A stretch of 18,903 nt of DNA from Planctomycetota bacterium (GCA_027001995.1 JALTLO010000023.1:1-18903), one strand, 5' to 3'; shown: positions 1-8,855, counted from the stretch's first letter. Numbers and translations are program-made. Notes: a model not told the origin generated them from the sequence alone.

Positions 1-1
1 G

Positions 2-1174
2 CCAGCGGGCCAAGGGGGAGCTATTCGAGCATTCGGTGGCAACGTCATCATGGAGCAATGTCTCTTTTCCGGCAATCAAACCGGCCATGTACCAGCCCCT
101 GGAGGCACAACGGTCGTCGGAGCGCGGGGAGGGGCCGTCTCTCAAGGTGGGGCCATTCTCAGAATCAACCGTTGCACATTCGTCAACAACGCAGCGGAAG
201 AAGGAGGCGCCCTAAACTTAGACTTCATTGCAGGCGCATCACAAATCGGTGAGACCACCTTCGCCGGAAATCTTGCTCGAGGACTTGGAGGCGCCATCAT
301 TCAGCGCAACAGCAATGATTTAGATGCAACCAACTGCATTTTTGCCGCCAACGATGCCTTCGCTGGATCAGTTGTTGCTATTGACTCCGCCGTCGCCCCC
401 CAAGTCAACATCGCCAATTCCATTGTCTACTTCAATTTCAATAGCATGTTCGACGTGCCCATGGGATTCACAGAGAGTCAGATCTTCACCGTCGAATCTT
501 GCGACGTAGAAGGGGGCTACCCTGGGTCTGGAAATTTTGACGCCGACCCTCTCTGGGCGGCGCCATTCAGCCTTGACTTCCACCTGACTCCGAACTCCCC
601 TTGTATCGACGCTGGCAACGACAATCTGGTTGCCTCTACAATCGACTTCGAATCTGAACCTCGCATCTTCGGGAACGCCGTCGACGTTGGCCCAGACGAG
701 TACTATGGGCTCTTTGACTACGGGCAAGGAACACTCTCTGACGGCCAAGGAAATCTCGAACCGGTGCTGACCATCAACGGCACAACAGGAACTCCCGCCC
801 ATACAATCCACTTGCTTCCGAGTAGCAACTTCTCCATCGAGGTGGCCAACCCATCACTGAATAGTTCCCCGGCCCAATTCATCATCTATGGGACATTGGG
901 AATCCCTACTCTACAAGACGCCGTGCCTTTCATGTTCACCGGTGGCTCTCTTGCTTTTCAGCCTTACGATGCCGACCCAACGAACCCGAATCTTTTCATC
1001 CTGGCTGATTCTTTGACGTTCAACCCGGTTGCCTATACCGGAGCAACAGTTGCTCCTTGGGTCGTAGGCGCGCCACCCATGGGCATGCCAATCACCTTCA
1101 CCATCCAAGGGTTCATTCAGAACGCCCAAGGAGTACTCGATATCACCAATGCCATCGTCCTTGAAATTAAGTAA
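2..1174 (+). CDS. 5'-truncated secreted/surface protein: parallel beta-helix (Pmp-like GGA/FxxN repeats), choice-of-anchor Q-like segment and an uncharacterised C-terminal domain
   Basis: The frame is open from base 2 (PAGQGGAIRAFGGNVIM...), so the true start lies upstream of the window. Repeated FxxN/GGA(I/L) motifs (FVNNAAEEGGAL, FAGNLARGLGGAI) are followed by GNFDADPLW..DFHLTPNSPCIDAG..DFESEPRIFGNAVDVGPDEY. Confidence 0.8.
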   Translation, partial: PAGQGGAIRAFGGNVIMEQCLFSGNQTGHVPAPGGTTVVGARGGAVSQGGAILRINRCTFVNNAAEEGGALNLDFIAGASQIGETTFAGNLARGLGGAIIQRNSNDLDATNCIFAANDAFAGSVVAIDSAVAPQVNIANSIVYFNFNSMFDVPMGFTESQIFTVESCDVEGGYPGSGNFDADPLWAAPFSLDFHLTPNSPCIDAGNDNLVASTIDFESEPRIFGNAVDVGPDEYYGLFDYGQGTLSDGQGNLEPVLTINGTTGTPAHTIHLLPSSNFSIEVANPSLNSSPAQFIIYGTLGIPTLQDAVPFMFTGGSLAFQPYDADPTNPNLFILADSLTFNPVAYTGATVAPWVVGAPPMGMPITFTIQGFIQNAQGVLDITNAIVLEIK

Positions 1175-1226
1175 GAATCCACATCGTTTCTGTTGATTTA
1201 CTCTTGCCTCTGGACTTGAAGAATTC

Positions 1227-2099
1227 ATGATGGAAATCATGAACAACTTCATCCCAGAAGACATAGTCCATCGCCCATTTCTCGAAGCCGCTATCCAAGC
1301 TGCGGCGGTGGGCGCGAACATTGCCAGAGAATCACAATGCCGCAACATCTCCAAGGTCAGTAAAAGTCTGGGAGACTATGTGTCTGAAGTCGACCTTCGG
1401 ATCGACCGTGAAATCAGCGACATTATCCGAGCCCTCTTTCCAGACGTGAAAATCATCTCAGAAGAATTGGCTTCAACCTACGGGACTTTGCCCGCCGATT
1501 GTTGGATTGTAGACCCTTTGGATGGGACCAACTCTTATTTGGCTGGAGCGCGGCTGGAATTGGTCAGCACCATGATCGCTCTACGCTTGAATGGAGAGAC
1601 TGTTTGCTCGGTCGTGCACTTTCCATTCACTGACGAAGTCTACTTAGCTGCCAAAGGTAGTGGTGCCTTTCGCAACGGTCAAAGAGTCCGCGTCCCCAAC
1701 CCTCCCTTGGCTCTGCAAGAATCTTGGGTGGCCCTCAATCACTACGGCGATGTTTCTTTGGAGACGGACTTCCTGAATCGAGCGCGCAATCATTTGAGAC
1801 AGGAAAACGGCGCCTCCTTAGTCACCATCGATCCTCCAGGGTCGGGCCTCGCCTTGCGCATCATGGATGACCGGGACACCCTGGGTGCGGTGATTCACGA
1901 CAACAACCCTAAGAGTCGAAAACAAGAAATCTGGGATGTCATCCCAATTCAGCTCATCATCGAAGAAGCAGGTGGCGTCTACCTTAACGACAAGGGCCAG
2001 CCCTACGACCCCCTCAGCATTCGCCCCATCGTCATCGCTAACAGTGAATCCATGGCTGGCGAGATCTTCAAAAAGATCAATTCTAGCGCAGACGCTTAG
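1227..2099 (+). CDS. Inositol monophosphatase (FIG superfamily) family protein
   Basis: Has DYVSEVD, IISEE, the WIVDPLDGT metal-binding motif, AAKGSGAFRNG and WDVIPIQLIIEEAGG. The start could be 1227, 1230 or 1239. Confidence 0.92.
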   Translation: MMEIMNNFIPEDIVHRPFLEAAIQAAAVGANIARESQCRNISKVSKSLGDYVSEVDLRIDREISDIIRALFPDVKIISEELASTYGTLPADCWIVDPLDGTNSYLAGARLELVSTMIALRLNGETVCSVVHFPFTDEVYLAAKGSGAFRNGQRVRVPNPPLALQESWVALNHYGDVSLETDFLNRARNHLRQENGASLVTIDPPGSGLALRIMDDRDTLGAVIHDNNPKSRKQEIWDVIPIQLIIEEAGGVYLNDKGQPYDPLSIRPIVIANSESMAGEIFKKINSSADA

Positions 2100-2970
2100 G
2101 CCACCAAGATTCATCTTTGGGTGTATTTCGACGCCAATAGGGCATACGTTCGACCTTGGCCAAGGTATATTCTGTGCCAAAGGAATCATGGTAGCGCACC
2201 AAGACGTGCCCAGGCTCATTGGAGAACTGAAAAGTCAGAACCTCTTCTCCATAAGTTAGGTTGATCTCCGTCGTTTCGAAGCTCCCCGCCGCTGTTTTCA
2301 CTTTGACCCCAGGTTTTCGCCTCACCTCGAATTTCACGGCTTCCAAAAGGGGCAGATGGCCAGCCATGAGAGACGGGAAGACCAAGAGCTTCTTGGGCAA
2401 TTCACCTTTCAGAATCCCCCTCAAATAAAGGGGCAATGCGTCTTCAGGAATAGCGCCATCAGGCCAAGACACCTGGCGATCAGCCTGATCTCCCCAATAG
2501 GAATGTGTATCTAACTTTCCCTTTGTCATTTGAGCTGTTGTCAACCCGCAAGCTTCAAGGCTCGCTGTTGCATATTTGCGCAAAGCACCCGTAGCACGCC
2601 GGGCGAAAACACTACTCATTTGTTCGTAGGTGTAGACTCCTGTGTTGACATCGCGAATCATGTTGAACTTCAAAACATCGAAATCACCAGCACTTGAGTC
2701 TTCCGATTTCACATCTTGAGCGGCAAGCCACGGTTCTTTGACCACGAGCATGCAAACACGGCCAGGGTTCAGTCTTTCGTAGCGCTGCCACTTGGCATCA
2801 TAGACCGCGTATTGAGCAGCCCCATCGTCCCACACCGGATCAAGCATCCACGATGTGTTCACATTCACTTCGATCTCATCACGGATAGGTGCATTCCCCC
2901 TAAAGGCCAAGGTCAAAGCAAGAGCAAGGGAAAGAAAGAGCAAAACGAAAAGTTTGTGAGTTCCTGACAT
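2083..2970 (-). CDS. Conserved secreted or membrane-anchored hypothetical protein
   Basis: ATG at 2970 (MSGTHKLFVLLFLSLALALTLAF) gives a signal/anchor. Conserved-looking motifs are WDDGAAQYAVY, RY, VKEPW, VLKFN, TGVYTYEQMSSVF, SLEACG and HSYW. The ORF-track extension to 3060 looks non-coding. Confidence 0.75.
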   Translation of the reverse strand: MSGTHKLFVLLFLSLALALTLAFRGNAPIRDEIEVNVNTSWMLDPVWDDGAAQYAVYDAKWQRYERLNPGRVCMLVVKEPWLAAQDVKSEDSSAGDFDVLKFNMIRDVNTGVYTYEQMSSVFARRATGALRKYATASLEACGLTTAQMTKGKLDTHSYWGDQADRQVSWPDGAIPEDALPLYLRGILKGELPKKLLVFPSLMAGHLPLLEAVKFEVRRKPGVKVKTAAGSFETTEINLTYGEEVLTFQFSNEPGHVLVRYHDSFGTEYTLAKVERMPYWRRNTPKDESWWPKRLR

Positions 2971-3143
2971 GAGAAGTCTCCAGCGCGTGCAGGTGAAGTC
3001 CAGTGAGCACCTACAGCATAGCCAATCAAGAACTGAGATAAAGCCGACAAGGTGTCTCACCTCAGATCTTGAACGAAATAAACATCATCGCCCACCCAAG
3101 GCAACAAATTCCCCAAGCCCCATCGGTCTGTTATGATTTCGCC

Positions 3144-4082
3144 ATGAAGTATCGCAAACTCGGATCAAGTGGGCTTAGGGTCAGTGAAGTCTCTTTGGGG
3201 GGATGGATCACTTTTGGTGGCACCATTTCAGAAGATGTGGCCAAAAAGATTGTGCGTTGTGCCGTCGATGGAGGCGTCAACTATATTGATCTAGCCGACG
3301 TCTACGCCCGAGGAGAAGCAGAGCTGGTTGTAGGCGGGTTGCTCTCGGACTACAACCGGGACAACCTCATTCTCTCCAGCAAAGTGTTTTGGCCCATGGG
3401 AGACGATCCCAACGAAAGGGGTCTATCCAGAAAACACATCATGCGTAGCGTCGATCGCTCCCTTCGCAACTTAGGAGTGAACTATCTTGATTTCTATTAT
3501 TGCCACAGAGAAGACCCCGATACCGATTTGGAAGAAACTATGTCGGCGATGGATGACCTCATTCGCCAAGGAAAGATCCTCTACTGGGGCACCAGCGTTT
3601 GGTCAGCAAATTCGATCCATGCAGCCCACCGGATGGCCAACGAACGCAACTTGTATCGGCCCAAAGTAGAACAACCCCAATACAGTCTCATTGATCGCCA
3701 TATCGAAGAGGATGTTATGGCCGCTGCCCATGAGAATGGCATGGGGCTTGTTGTTTGGAGCCCCCTGGGTGGAGGCATGTTGACAGGCAAGTACAACGAC
3801 GGAATCCCCGAAGGAAGTCGAGCCACCAAGACTCACTTCATGGAGAGCAAACTCACACCAGAAAACCTCGATCGGGTGCGGATCTTTTGTGATTTAGCCA
3901 AGCAATTGGGGCATGCGCCGGAGCACCTCGCCTTAGCATGGGTGCTATCTCATCCAGAGATCACCAGCGTCATCACCGGAGCCACTGCGGTTGAACACGT
4001 TCAATCAAACTTGCAGGCCGTTGATATCACCCTGGACCCAGTGATCATTGAAGAACTCAACCAACTCTTCGCCCAAACTTAG
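3144..4082 (+). CDS. Aldo/keto reductase (Kv-beta-like / AKR14-like)
   Basis: Starts MKYRKLGSSGLRVSEVSLGGWITFG (ATG at 3144). The catalytic tetrad lies in IDLADVY, SSKVF and YCHREDP, with WSPLGGGMLTGKY and ITSVITGAT downstream. Confidence 0.95.
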   Translation: MKYRKLGSSGLRVSEVSLGGWITFGGTISEDVAKKIVRCAVDGGVNYIDLADVYARGEAELVVGGLLSDYNRDNLILSSKVFWPMGDDPNERGLSRKHIMRSVDRSLRNLGVNYLDFYYCHREDPDTDLEETMSAMDDLIRQGKILYWGTSVWSANSIHAAHRMANERNLYRPKVEQPQYSLIDRHIEEDVMAAAHENGMGLVVWSPLGGGMLTGKYNDGIPEGSRATKTHFMESKLTPENLDRVRIFCDLAKQLGHAPEHLALAWVLSHPEITSVITGATAVEHVQSNLQAVDITLDPVIIEELNQLFAQT

Positions 4083-4097
4083 CCCGACTTACTGTGG

Positions 4098-5834
4098 TCA
4101 CTTGACAAGGAGAACGTGACTGGCCGTAAGTGTGGCGAATTCCCCATTGACCCAAGGCTGGGGCTTCTGAATGAGGGCCTGAAGAACAAGGGCGGGACCC
4201 GGTATCAGAGAGAGAGGGATATTGAAGCTCAGCTGGTCCTGTCCCGCTGCGTCAAGTGAGAAGAAGGAAAAGGGCCCTTGGAAACCGGAGAAAAGTAAAG
4301 ACACATCGGTGAAGGTCGGCCCTGTCCCCAGGTCGAAAAGACCGAACGAACCAAAATCCCAACCTCCAGGATTCAAGATTGTTGAGCCGTAAAGTTCATA
4401 GAGGGCATTCGGCGTTCCGGAGAAATCCAATGTGAATGACTGACCCCGAATGATGGGAGAAACAAAAGGACCAGGGCGGAGGCCCGTCTCTGCACCATTT
4501 ACCTCCAATCGGGCATTCGCGGAGTTGGCCTGACCGCCGCCCAGGCTCCGAGGCAAGAAAAAGATTGAGGCACAACCAACGCTCCCCGAGCCAGCCACCG
4601 CGACGATAGGTGCGCCAACGATGATATCGCCAAAGCCATCACCATTGGTGTCAAGAGCACCGCTGACAGACAAGCCGAGCTGGCCACCATTCGAATTGCC
4701 GTCAACGGAAAAAATCACTGAGCCATCGGCACCAGAATACACTGAAGCTCGGCCAGTGTTCGCGCCATTGAAATCTGCCAACGGCGCTCCTACCACAAAG
4801 TCTGGTATACTGTCGCCATCAACATCAGCACTTGCCGCAACAGACTCACCAAAATTATCGCCGAGAGCGCTTCCACCAATCACAAATAGTGAGCTGCCAT
4901 CAACTCCAGAAAAAACATAGACGACACCTGAATTGGCGGCACCGAGGGTCGCGTTACGAGCCCCTACGAGGATATCGTCAAAGCCGTCGCCATTAAAATC
5001 TAACCCGCCGCCAACAGAGTAGCCAAAGCTGTCATAAGAAGCGACACCATCGAAGACATGCAAAACGCTGCCATCAGCTCCTGAGTAGACATAGGCCGCA
5101 CCGCTATTAGTTCCATTCGTGTCCGCAGTGCTGGCACCCACAATAAAATCTTCTGCGCCATCACCATTAACATCACCTGCACCACTGACGGCATGACCGA
5201 AGGCAAAGTCGGTCGAAGGATTGCCGCTCACCAAATGTAGAAGACTACCATCCGCGCCAGAATACACCCGAACAACAGCCATGTTTTCGGAGCCAACAAT
5301 GACGTCATCGAATCCATCACCATTGACATCCCCAGCAGCGCTTACGGCGTATCCCAATCTTTGGTTTACGACACCATCAAAAACATGCAGGAGTCCCCCT
5401 GTAGCTCCCGAGTACACAAAAGCTCTTCCAGAATTGTTGCCAACCCAGTCAGAATAGGGTGCCCCAATGATCAGGTCAGGTACGCCATCGCCGTTCACGT
5501 CTCCAGCACCACTGACAGATGCCCCGAACCAGTCACCAGGGGTAACACCCAGAAAGGAATACAAAAGACTGCCATCAGCCCCTGACCGCACGGATGCCTT
5601 ACCAACACTGATCGCCAGTCCATTGTCATAACCAGGAGAGCCAATGATAACATCTGCGAGACCATCCCCATTGACATCGCCGATGCCGCTAACAGACCGC
5701 CCAAGTTCCTCTTGAGCGCCACTCCCGTAGAATTGATGACTAAGAGCAGCCTGTGCAGCGGCGACCCCAGAACAACACAGCGATAAGATAAGAACAACAA
5801 GAGTCGAAACGGCCCGATGATGATTCGTAAGCAT
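4098..5834 (-). CDS. Secreted FG-GAP / integrin-alpha-like 7-bladed beta-propeller protein with an extra C-terminal domain
   Basis: Signal peptide ends in AAA-Q. There are seven Ca-binding D-x-[ND]-x-D repeats (DVNGDG x4, DFNGDG, DVDGDS, DTNGDG) with FG..V and IIGAP/IVGAP motifs. A non-repeat tail of about 150 aa follows. Confidence 0.93.
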   Translation of the reverse strand: MLTNHHRAVSTLVVLILSLCCSGVAAAQAALSHQFYGSGAQEELGRSVSGIGDVNGDGLADVIIGSPGYDNGLAISVGKASVRSGADGSLLYSFLGVTPGDWFGASVSGAGDVNGDGVPDLIIGAPYSDWVGNNSGRAFVYSGATGGLLHVFDGVVNQRLGYAVSAAGDVNGDGFDDVIVGSENMAVVRVYSGADGSLLHLVSGNPSTDFAFGHAVSGAGDVNGDGAEDFIVGASTADTNGTNSGAAYVYSGADGSVLHVFDGVASYDSFGYSVGGGLDFNGDGFDDILVGARNATLGAANSGVVYVFSGVDGSSLFVIGGSALGDNFGESVAASADVDGDSIPDFVVGAPLADFNGANTGRASVYSGADGSVIFSVDGNSNGGQLGLSVSGALDTNGDGFGDIIVGAPIVAVAGSGSVGCASIFFLPRSLGGGQANSANARLEVNGAETGLRPGPFVSPIIRGQSFTLDFSGTPNALYELYGSTILNPGGWDFGSFGLFDLGTGPTFTDVSLLFSGFQGPFSFFSLDAAGQDQLSFNIPLSLIPGPALVLQALIQKPQPWVNGEFATLTASHVLLVK

Positions 5835-6139
5835 GGACAGGCAGTCCTTTCAAAACTTCAGAGAATATGATGGTTCTCCAAGGGCAATCAATGATTCAGC
5901 TGGATCAGAAGAATAGGATCGTAGAGACCTCCGAGGCCCATGTCAACTCCTGATGCAGGTTCGGCACGAGTCCCCAGAGCGATTCTGAGTAACCCGGACA
6001 CCTGAAGTCGTCTATCTAGTTCCTGCTCCAAGCCTAAGTTACAGCGAAGAAAGGAACCTGCAGCAGTGGGCTGCACCCAAGCCGAAATACTCAAAGACAG
6101 ACCCAAGAGCTCAAACCATGCGAAGACATCAATGGAGCC

Positions 6140-6646
6140 CTAGCCCTCGACTTTTTTCTTCGGCGGCCTCAGTATTGCGAGACCCAGAGCCAGGGCGGTG
6201 AGCCATGCGCCGATTCCCAGGTCAGACAAGGACTGCTTTGCTTCGCCAAGCTCGCCCCCACCAACCCGTTCACGCAACCAATAGACGAAGCCGACTTCAC
6301 ACCCGACCGCCAGGAGAGCCCAAAGGCGAGAACCAAGGACTCCGGGGATTGCCAATAGGAAGCCAAGGGCTGCCACCAGCAACATCGCGCCGCCTTCCAA
6401 AACAATATCATTCTCGCTGCCACTGGTGAGCATCTCATAGCCAACAGCAGCGCTACTTGTGCCAACCTCGTAGCCTTTGAGAGAACCATCGTCAAAACTG
6501 CCAATGACATAGGCAGCAAGGACGTTCGTTTCAGAAACAGATTCAGAGAAGGACTGAACCAGGCCCTCTGCAAAGGTATTGGTCTCCCATTCTGCCCAAG
6601 GAAGAAGCATGCCTGAGACAAAGAGGATGATCGCCAATAACTTCAT
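6140..6646 (-). CDS. Small multi-pass membrane protein of unknown function
   Basis: Likely start is ATG 6646 (MKLLAIILFVSGMLLPW). About four hydrophobic segments, a GIGAWL motif and a basic C-terminal tail. Confidence 0.7.
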   Translation of the reverse strand: MKLLAIILFVSGMLLPWAEWETNTFAEGLVQSFSESVSETNVLAAYVIGSFDDGSLKGYEVGTSSAAVGYEMLTSGSENDIVLEGGAMLLVAALGFLLAIPGVLGSRLWALLAVGCEVGFVYWLRERVGGGELGEAKQSLSDLGIGAWLTALALGLAILRPPKKKVEG

Positions 6647-6822
6647 AGGGGAACCCAGTCGCAACGGGGATGACTTAAAACGAGATGATTCCTGACTCTA
6701 CCCAAGATAAGTTTTTTGTGCCATCGAAACATGAAGTCGATCCGCGCCAATAGACACCAAAACTTCATGGGGAGCTAAGCATTTGAGTCTTGGCGGTCAG
6801 AAGATCATCACAAAGAAGTTCT

Positions 6823-6852
6823 TCGACAAAAAAAGACTTTTCGGCGTATACT
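6823..6852 (+). promoter_or_regulatory. Putative sigma70-type promoter for the DCC gene
   Basis: TCGACA (6823-6828), an 18-nt spacer and TATACT (6847-6852), about 35 nt upstream of ATG 6888. Confidence 0.4.
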
Positions 6853-6887
6853 CCGTTGGCAGGAATCAATGATACGAAAGAGTACTC

Positions 6888-7412
6888 ATGTTGAATTTCC
6901 AACCCTTGGCGCTATTCGCGGCCCCAGAGAGACGGGTGAGAAATGGCGAAGAACCGATTGCTCCTCAACAACGAAAACCAAGAACGGCACAAAAAGTCAT
7001 ACTCTTCGACGGTGTGTGCAACTTATGCAACGCCAGTGTTCGTTGGGTTCTCCGTCACGACCACAAACAACGATTCGACTTTGCCTCTTTGCAATCTGAG
7101 GCCGCCCATGAACGATTAGCCCATCACTTAAGCGAAGAAGAAATCGCCATCTTGCCCGACAGTATCATCCTCATCGACGAAAGTGGCGTACACACCCAGT
7201 CAACAGCGGTCCTCAAGATCGCCAAAGAATTAGGCTTTCCCTATTTCTTTGCCGCCGTCTTCTTCACCTTACCTCCGTGTGTGCGTGACCCCATCTATCG
7301 GTGGATTGCCCGCAACCGCTATCGCTGGTTTGGCCAACAAGACACATGTTTGTTGCCAACGCCAGAATTGGCGGACCGTTTCTTGGACGGGCAAGAACCT
7401 CCGAACGTTTAG
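6888..7412 (+). CDS. DCC family (DUF393 / YuxK-like) thiol-disulfide oxidoreductase
   Basis: Has the ILFDGVCNLCN (DxxCxxC) motif plus FASLQS, DSIILID and RDPIYRWIARNRYRWFG...C. The exact start is uncertain. Confidence 0.92.
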   Translation: MLNFQPLALFAAPERRVRNGEEPIAPQQRKPRTAQKVILFDGVCNLCNASVRWVLRHDHKQRFDFASLQSEAAHERLAHHLSEEEIAILPDSIILIDESGVHTQSTAVLKIAKELGFPYFFAAVFFTLPPCVRDPIYRWIARNRYRWFGQQDTCLLPTPELADRFLDGQEPPNV

Positions 7413-7575
7413 CTCAGGAAAGTCGCCGAGGGATTCGTTTTAGGCATGGCCATGCAGTCTCTGGAAAGACATAGAGGCAAGCAAAGTGGTTGTATTTGCA
7501 TCATTTCGTTCTATTTTGTTGTATTTGAGACATAAATTGCCGATACTATGACTGTCATCAAATGGAGGCTGCCCC

Positions 7576-7932
7576 ATGGCGGAAGTGAGCATTGTAAGCC
7601 CTGATGCCCCAAGAGTGTTGTCTAGGGCCCTTCTGAAGGCCGGTCGAGAGATGGGGCTTTCGCAACTTCTCTTGGGCAAAGTCATTGGCAAGAATCGCAC
7701 AACCATCGCCAGAGGCATCGACCCCCAGAGCAAAGCTGGAGAATTGGCTCTCTTATTAATCCGCTGCTATCGCAGCCTCTTTGTCCTCGTAGGTGGGGAC
7801 TCAACAGACATGAAACACTGGATGCACACCAGCAATCACCACACCGGCGGTGTTCCAGCAAAGCAGATTCAGACTGCAATCGGCCTAACGCGGGTCCTTG
7901 CCTACTTAGACGCCATGCGCGGCAAGGTTTAA
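7576..7932 (+). CDS. Xre/MbcA/ParS-family antitoxin (HTH plus toxin-binding domain)
   Basis: GGAGG RBS at 7564-7568. Contains LSQLLLGKVIG (HTH), GELALLLIRCYRSLFVLVGGD, WMHTSNHHTGGVP and GLTRVLAYLDAMRGK. Its stop overlaps the toxin start (TAATG). Confidence 0.92.
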   Translation: MAEVSIVSPDAPRVLSRALLKAGREMGLSQLLLGKVIGKNRTTIARGIDPQSKAGELALLLIRCYRSLFVLVGGDSTDMKHWMHTSNHHTGGVPAKQIQTAIGLTRVLAYLDAMRGKV

Positions 7933-8684
7933 TGGATATCCTCAGTCAATGCCTGAAGAACGCCGAACCCACCTTTTGTTCAGGTCGCCTGACCCGCGTG
8001 GTCGAAAGCCAGGAGCAGATCGCAACCAACAGCTTGGTGAACACCCTCGAAGAGCAAGGTTTACTGGAGGAAATGCTCGAGCAGTCCAAACCTCTCCGGC
8101 CCCAAGAAACCGAGAGACTTCATTGGCTCCTCGCCACGCCATTTCGCTATCCGCCCCTACTCCACGGATCGCGCCTCGGCAGGGCCACAGCCTCTGCCAT
8201 CTTCTACGGTTCAAGAAAGATAACCACAGCTCTGGCGGAAACAGCCTACTATCGTTTCCTATTCTGGGGTGGCATGGCATCCCCGCCCACCACAGGCAAA
8301 CTGCTTACCCAACACACCACCTTCGAAGCCCTTTACGAAAGTGCCCAGGGCCTCAAGTTGCACCACGCCCCATTTCTGGAGTTCGCAAACGAGCTCACCC
8401 ACCCTTCCTCATATGAACACAGCCAAACTTTGGGCATGGCTGCCCGTGAACAAGGAATGGAGGTGATCGAATTCATCTCAGCCCGCGACCCCAATCGTGG
8501 CGTCAACGTCGCCCTCCTTGCTCCCCAGGCACTCGCCTCAGCCAATCCCCTCAATCCATGCCCCTGGCTCTGCGAAACCACAGCCACCCAAGTGGCCTTC
8601 CATCGCCGCGCCGGGAACACCTTCCACAGCTTTCCCTTGACGAACTTTCTCGTGGCTGGTCAATTCCCCCAGGTCCCCGGTTAG
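7932..8684 (+). CDS. RES-domain toxin (NAD+-targeting, RES-Xre/MbcTA-type type II toxin-antitoxin system)
   Basis: The R, E and S motif residues appear in LTRVVESQ, FYGS..TALAETAYYR and FISARDP..GVNVAL, with LLATPFRYPPL..GSR. It is translationally coupled to the antitoxin. Confidence 0.92.
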   Translation: MDILSQCLKNAEPTFCSGRLTRVVESQEQIATNSLVNTLEEQGLLEEMLEQSKPLRPQETERLHWLLATPFRYPPLLHGSRLGRATASAIFYGSRKITTALAETAYYRFLFWGGMASPPTTGKLLTQHTTFEALYESAQGLKLHHAPFLEFANELTHPSSYEHSQTLGMAAREQGMEVIEFISARDPNRGVNVALLAPQALASANPLNPCPWLCETTATQVAFHRRAGNTFHSFPLTNFLVAGQFPQVPG

Positions 8685-8837
8685 ACTAGCAAGGTCATCC
8701 TCCCTCGTCCAAGAAGGCTATAGGAATCCGCAGACACATGTGACCCCGCTTCGGGTGCTTTTCCATGGTTGAATTCTTGCTCAAGCGCTCGACATCCTGC
8801 TTTCTAGATGTAAGCTGCCAACGAAATGAGGAATGTC

Positions 8838-8855
8838 CGTGAGAGAACTCTCACG
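8838..8855. promoter_or_regulatory. Perfect 8-2-8 palindrome, candidate operator
   Basis: CGTGAGAG-AA-CTCTCACG, ending 20 nt before the TTG start of the outer-membrane barrel gene. Confidence 0.55.

Noticed and set aside
2971..3143. Upstream extensions of the ORFs 2083..3060 (-) and 3069..4082 (+)
   Set aside because: Family-typical N-termini begin at 2970 and 3144. The interval is better explained as a divergent promoter region.
4560..5720. DNA-level repeats within the FG-GAP gene, considered as a CRISPR or tandem array
   Set aside because: They are degenerate and in frame, and are fully explained by the propeller blade repeats.
6730..6769. Inverted repeat CATGAAGT...ACTTCATG with a 24-nt spacer
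   Set aside because: Short arms, a long spacer and no U-tract, so it is compatible with chance.
8743..8763. ACCC-CGCTTC-GGGT hairpin followed by GCTTTT after the RES toxin, considered as a terminator
   Set aside because: The stem is only about 4 bp and the U-tract is short, too weak to call.
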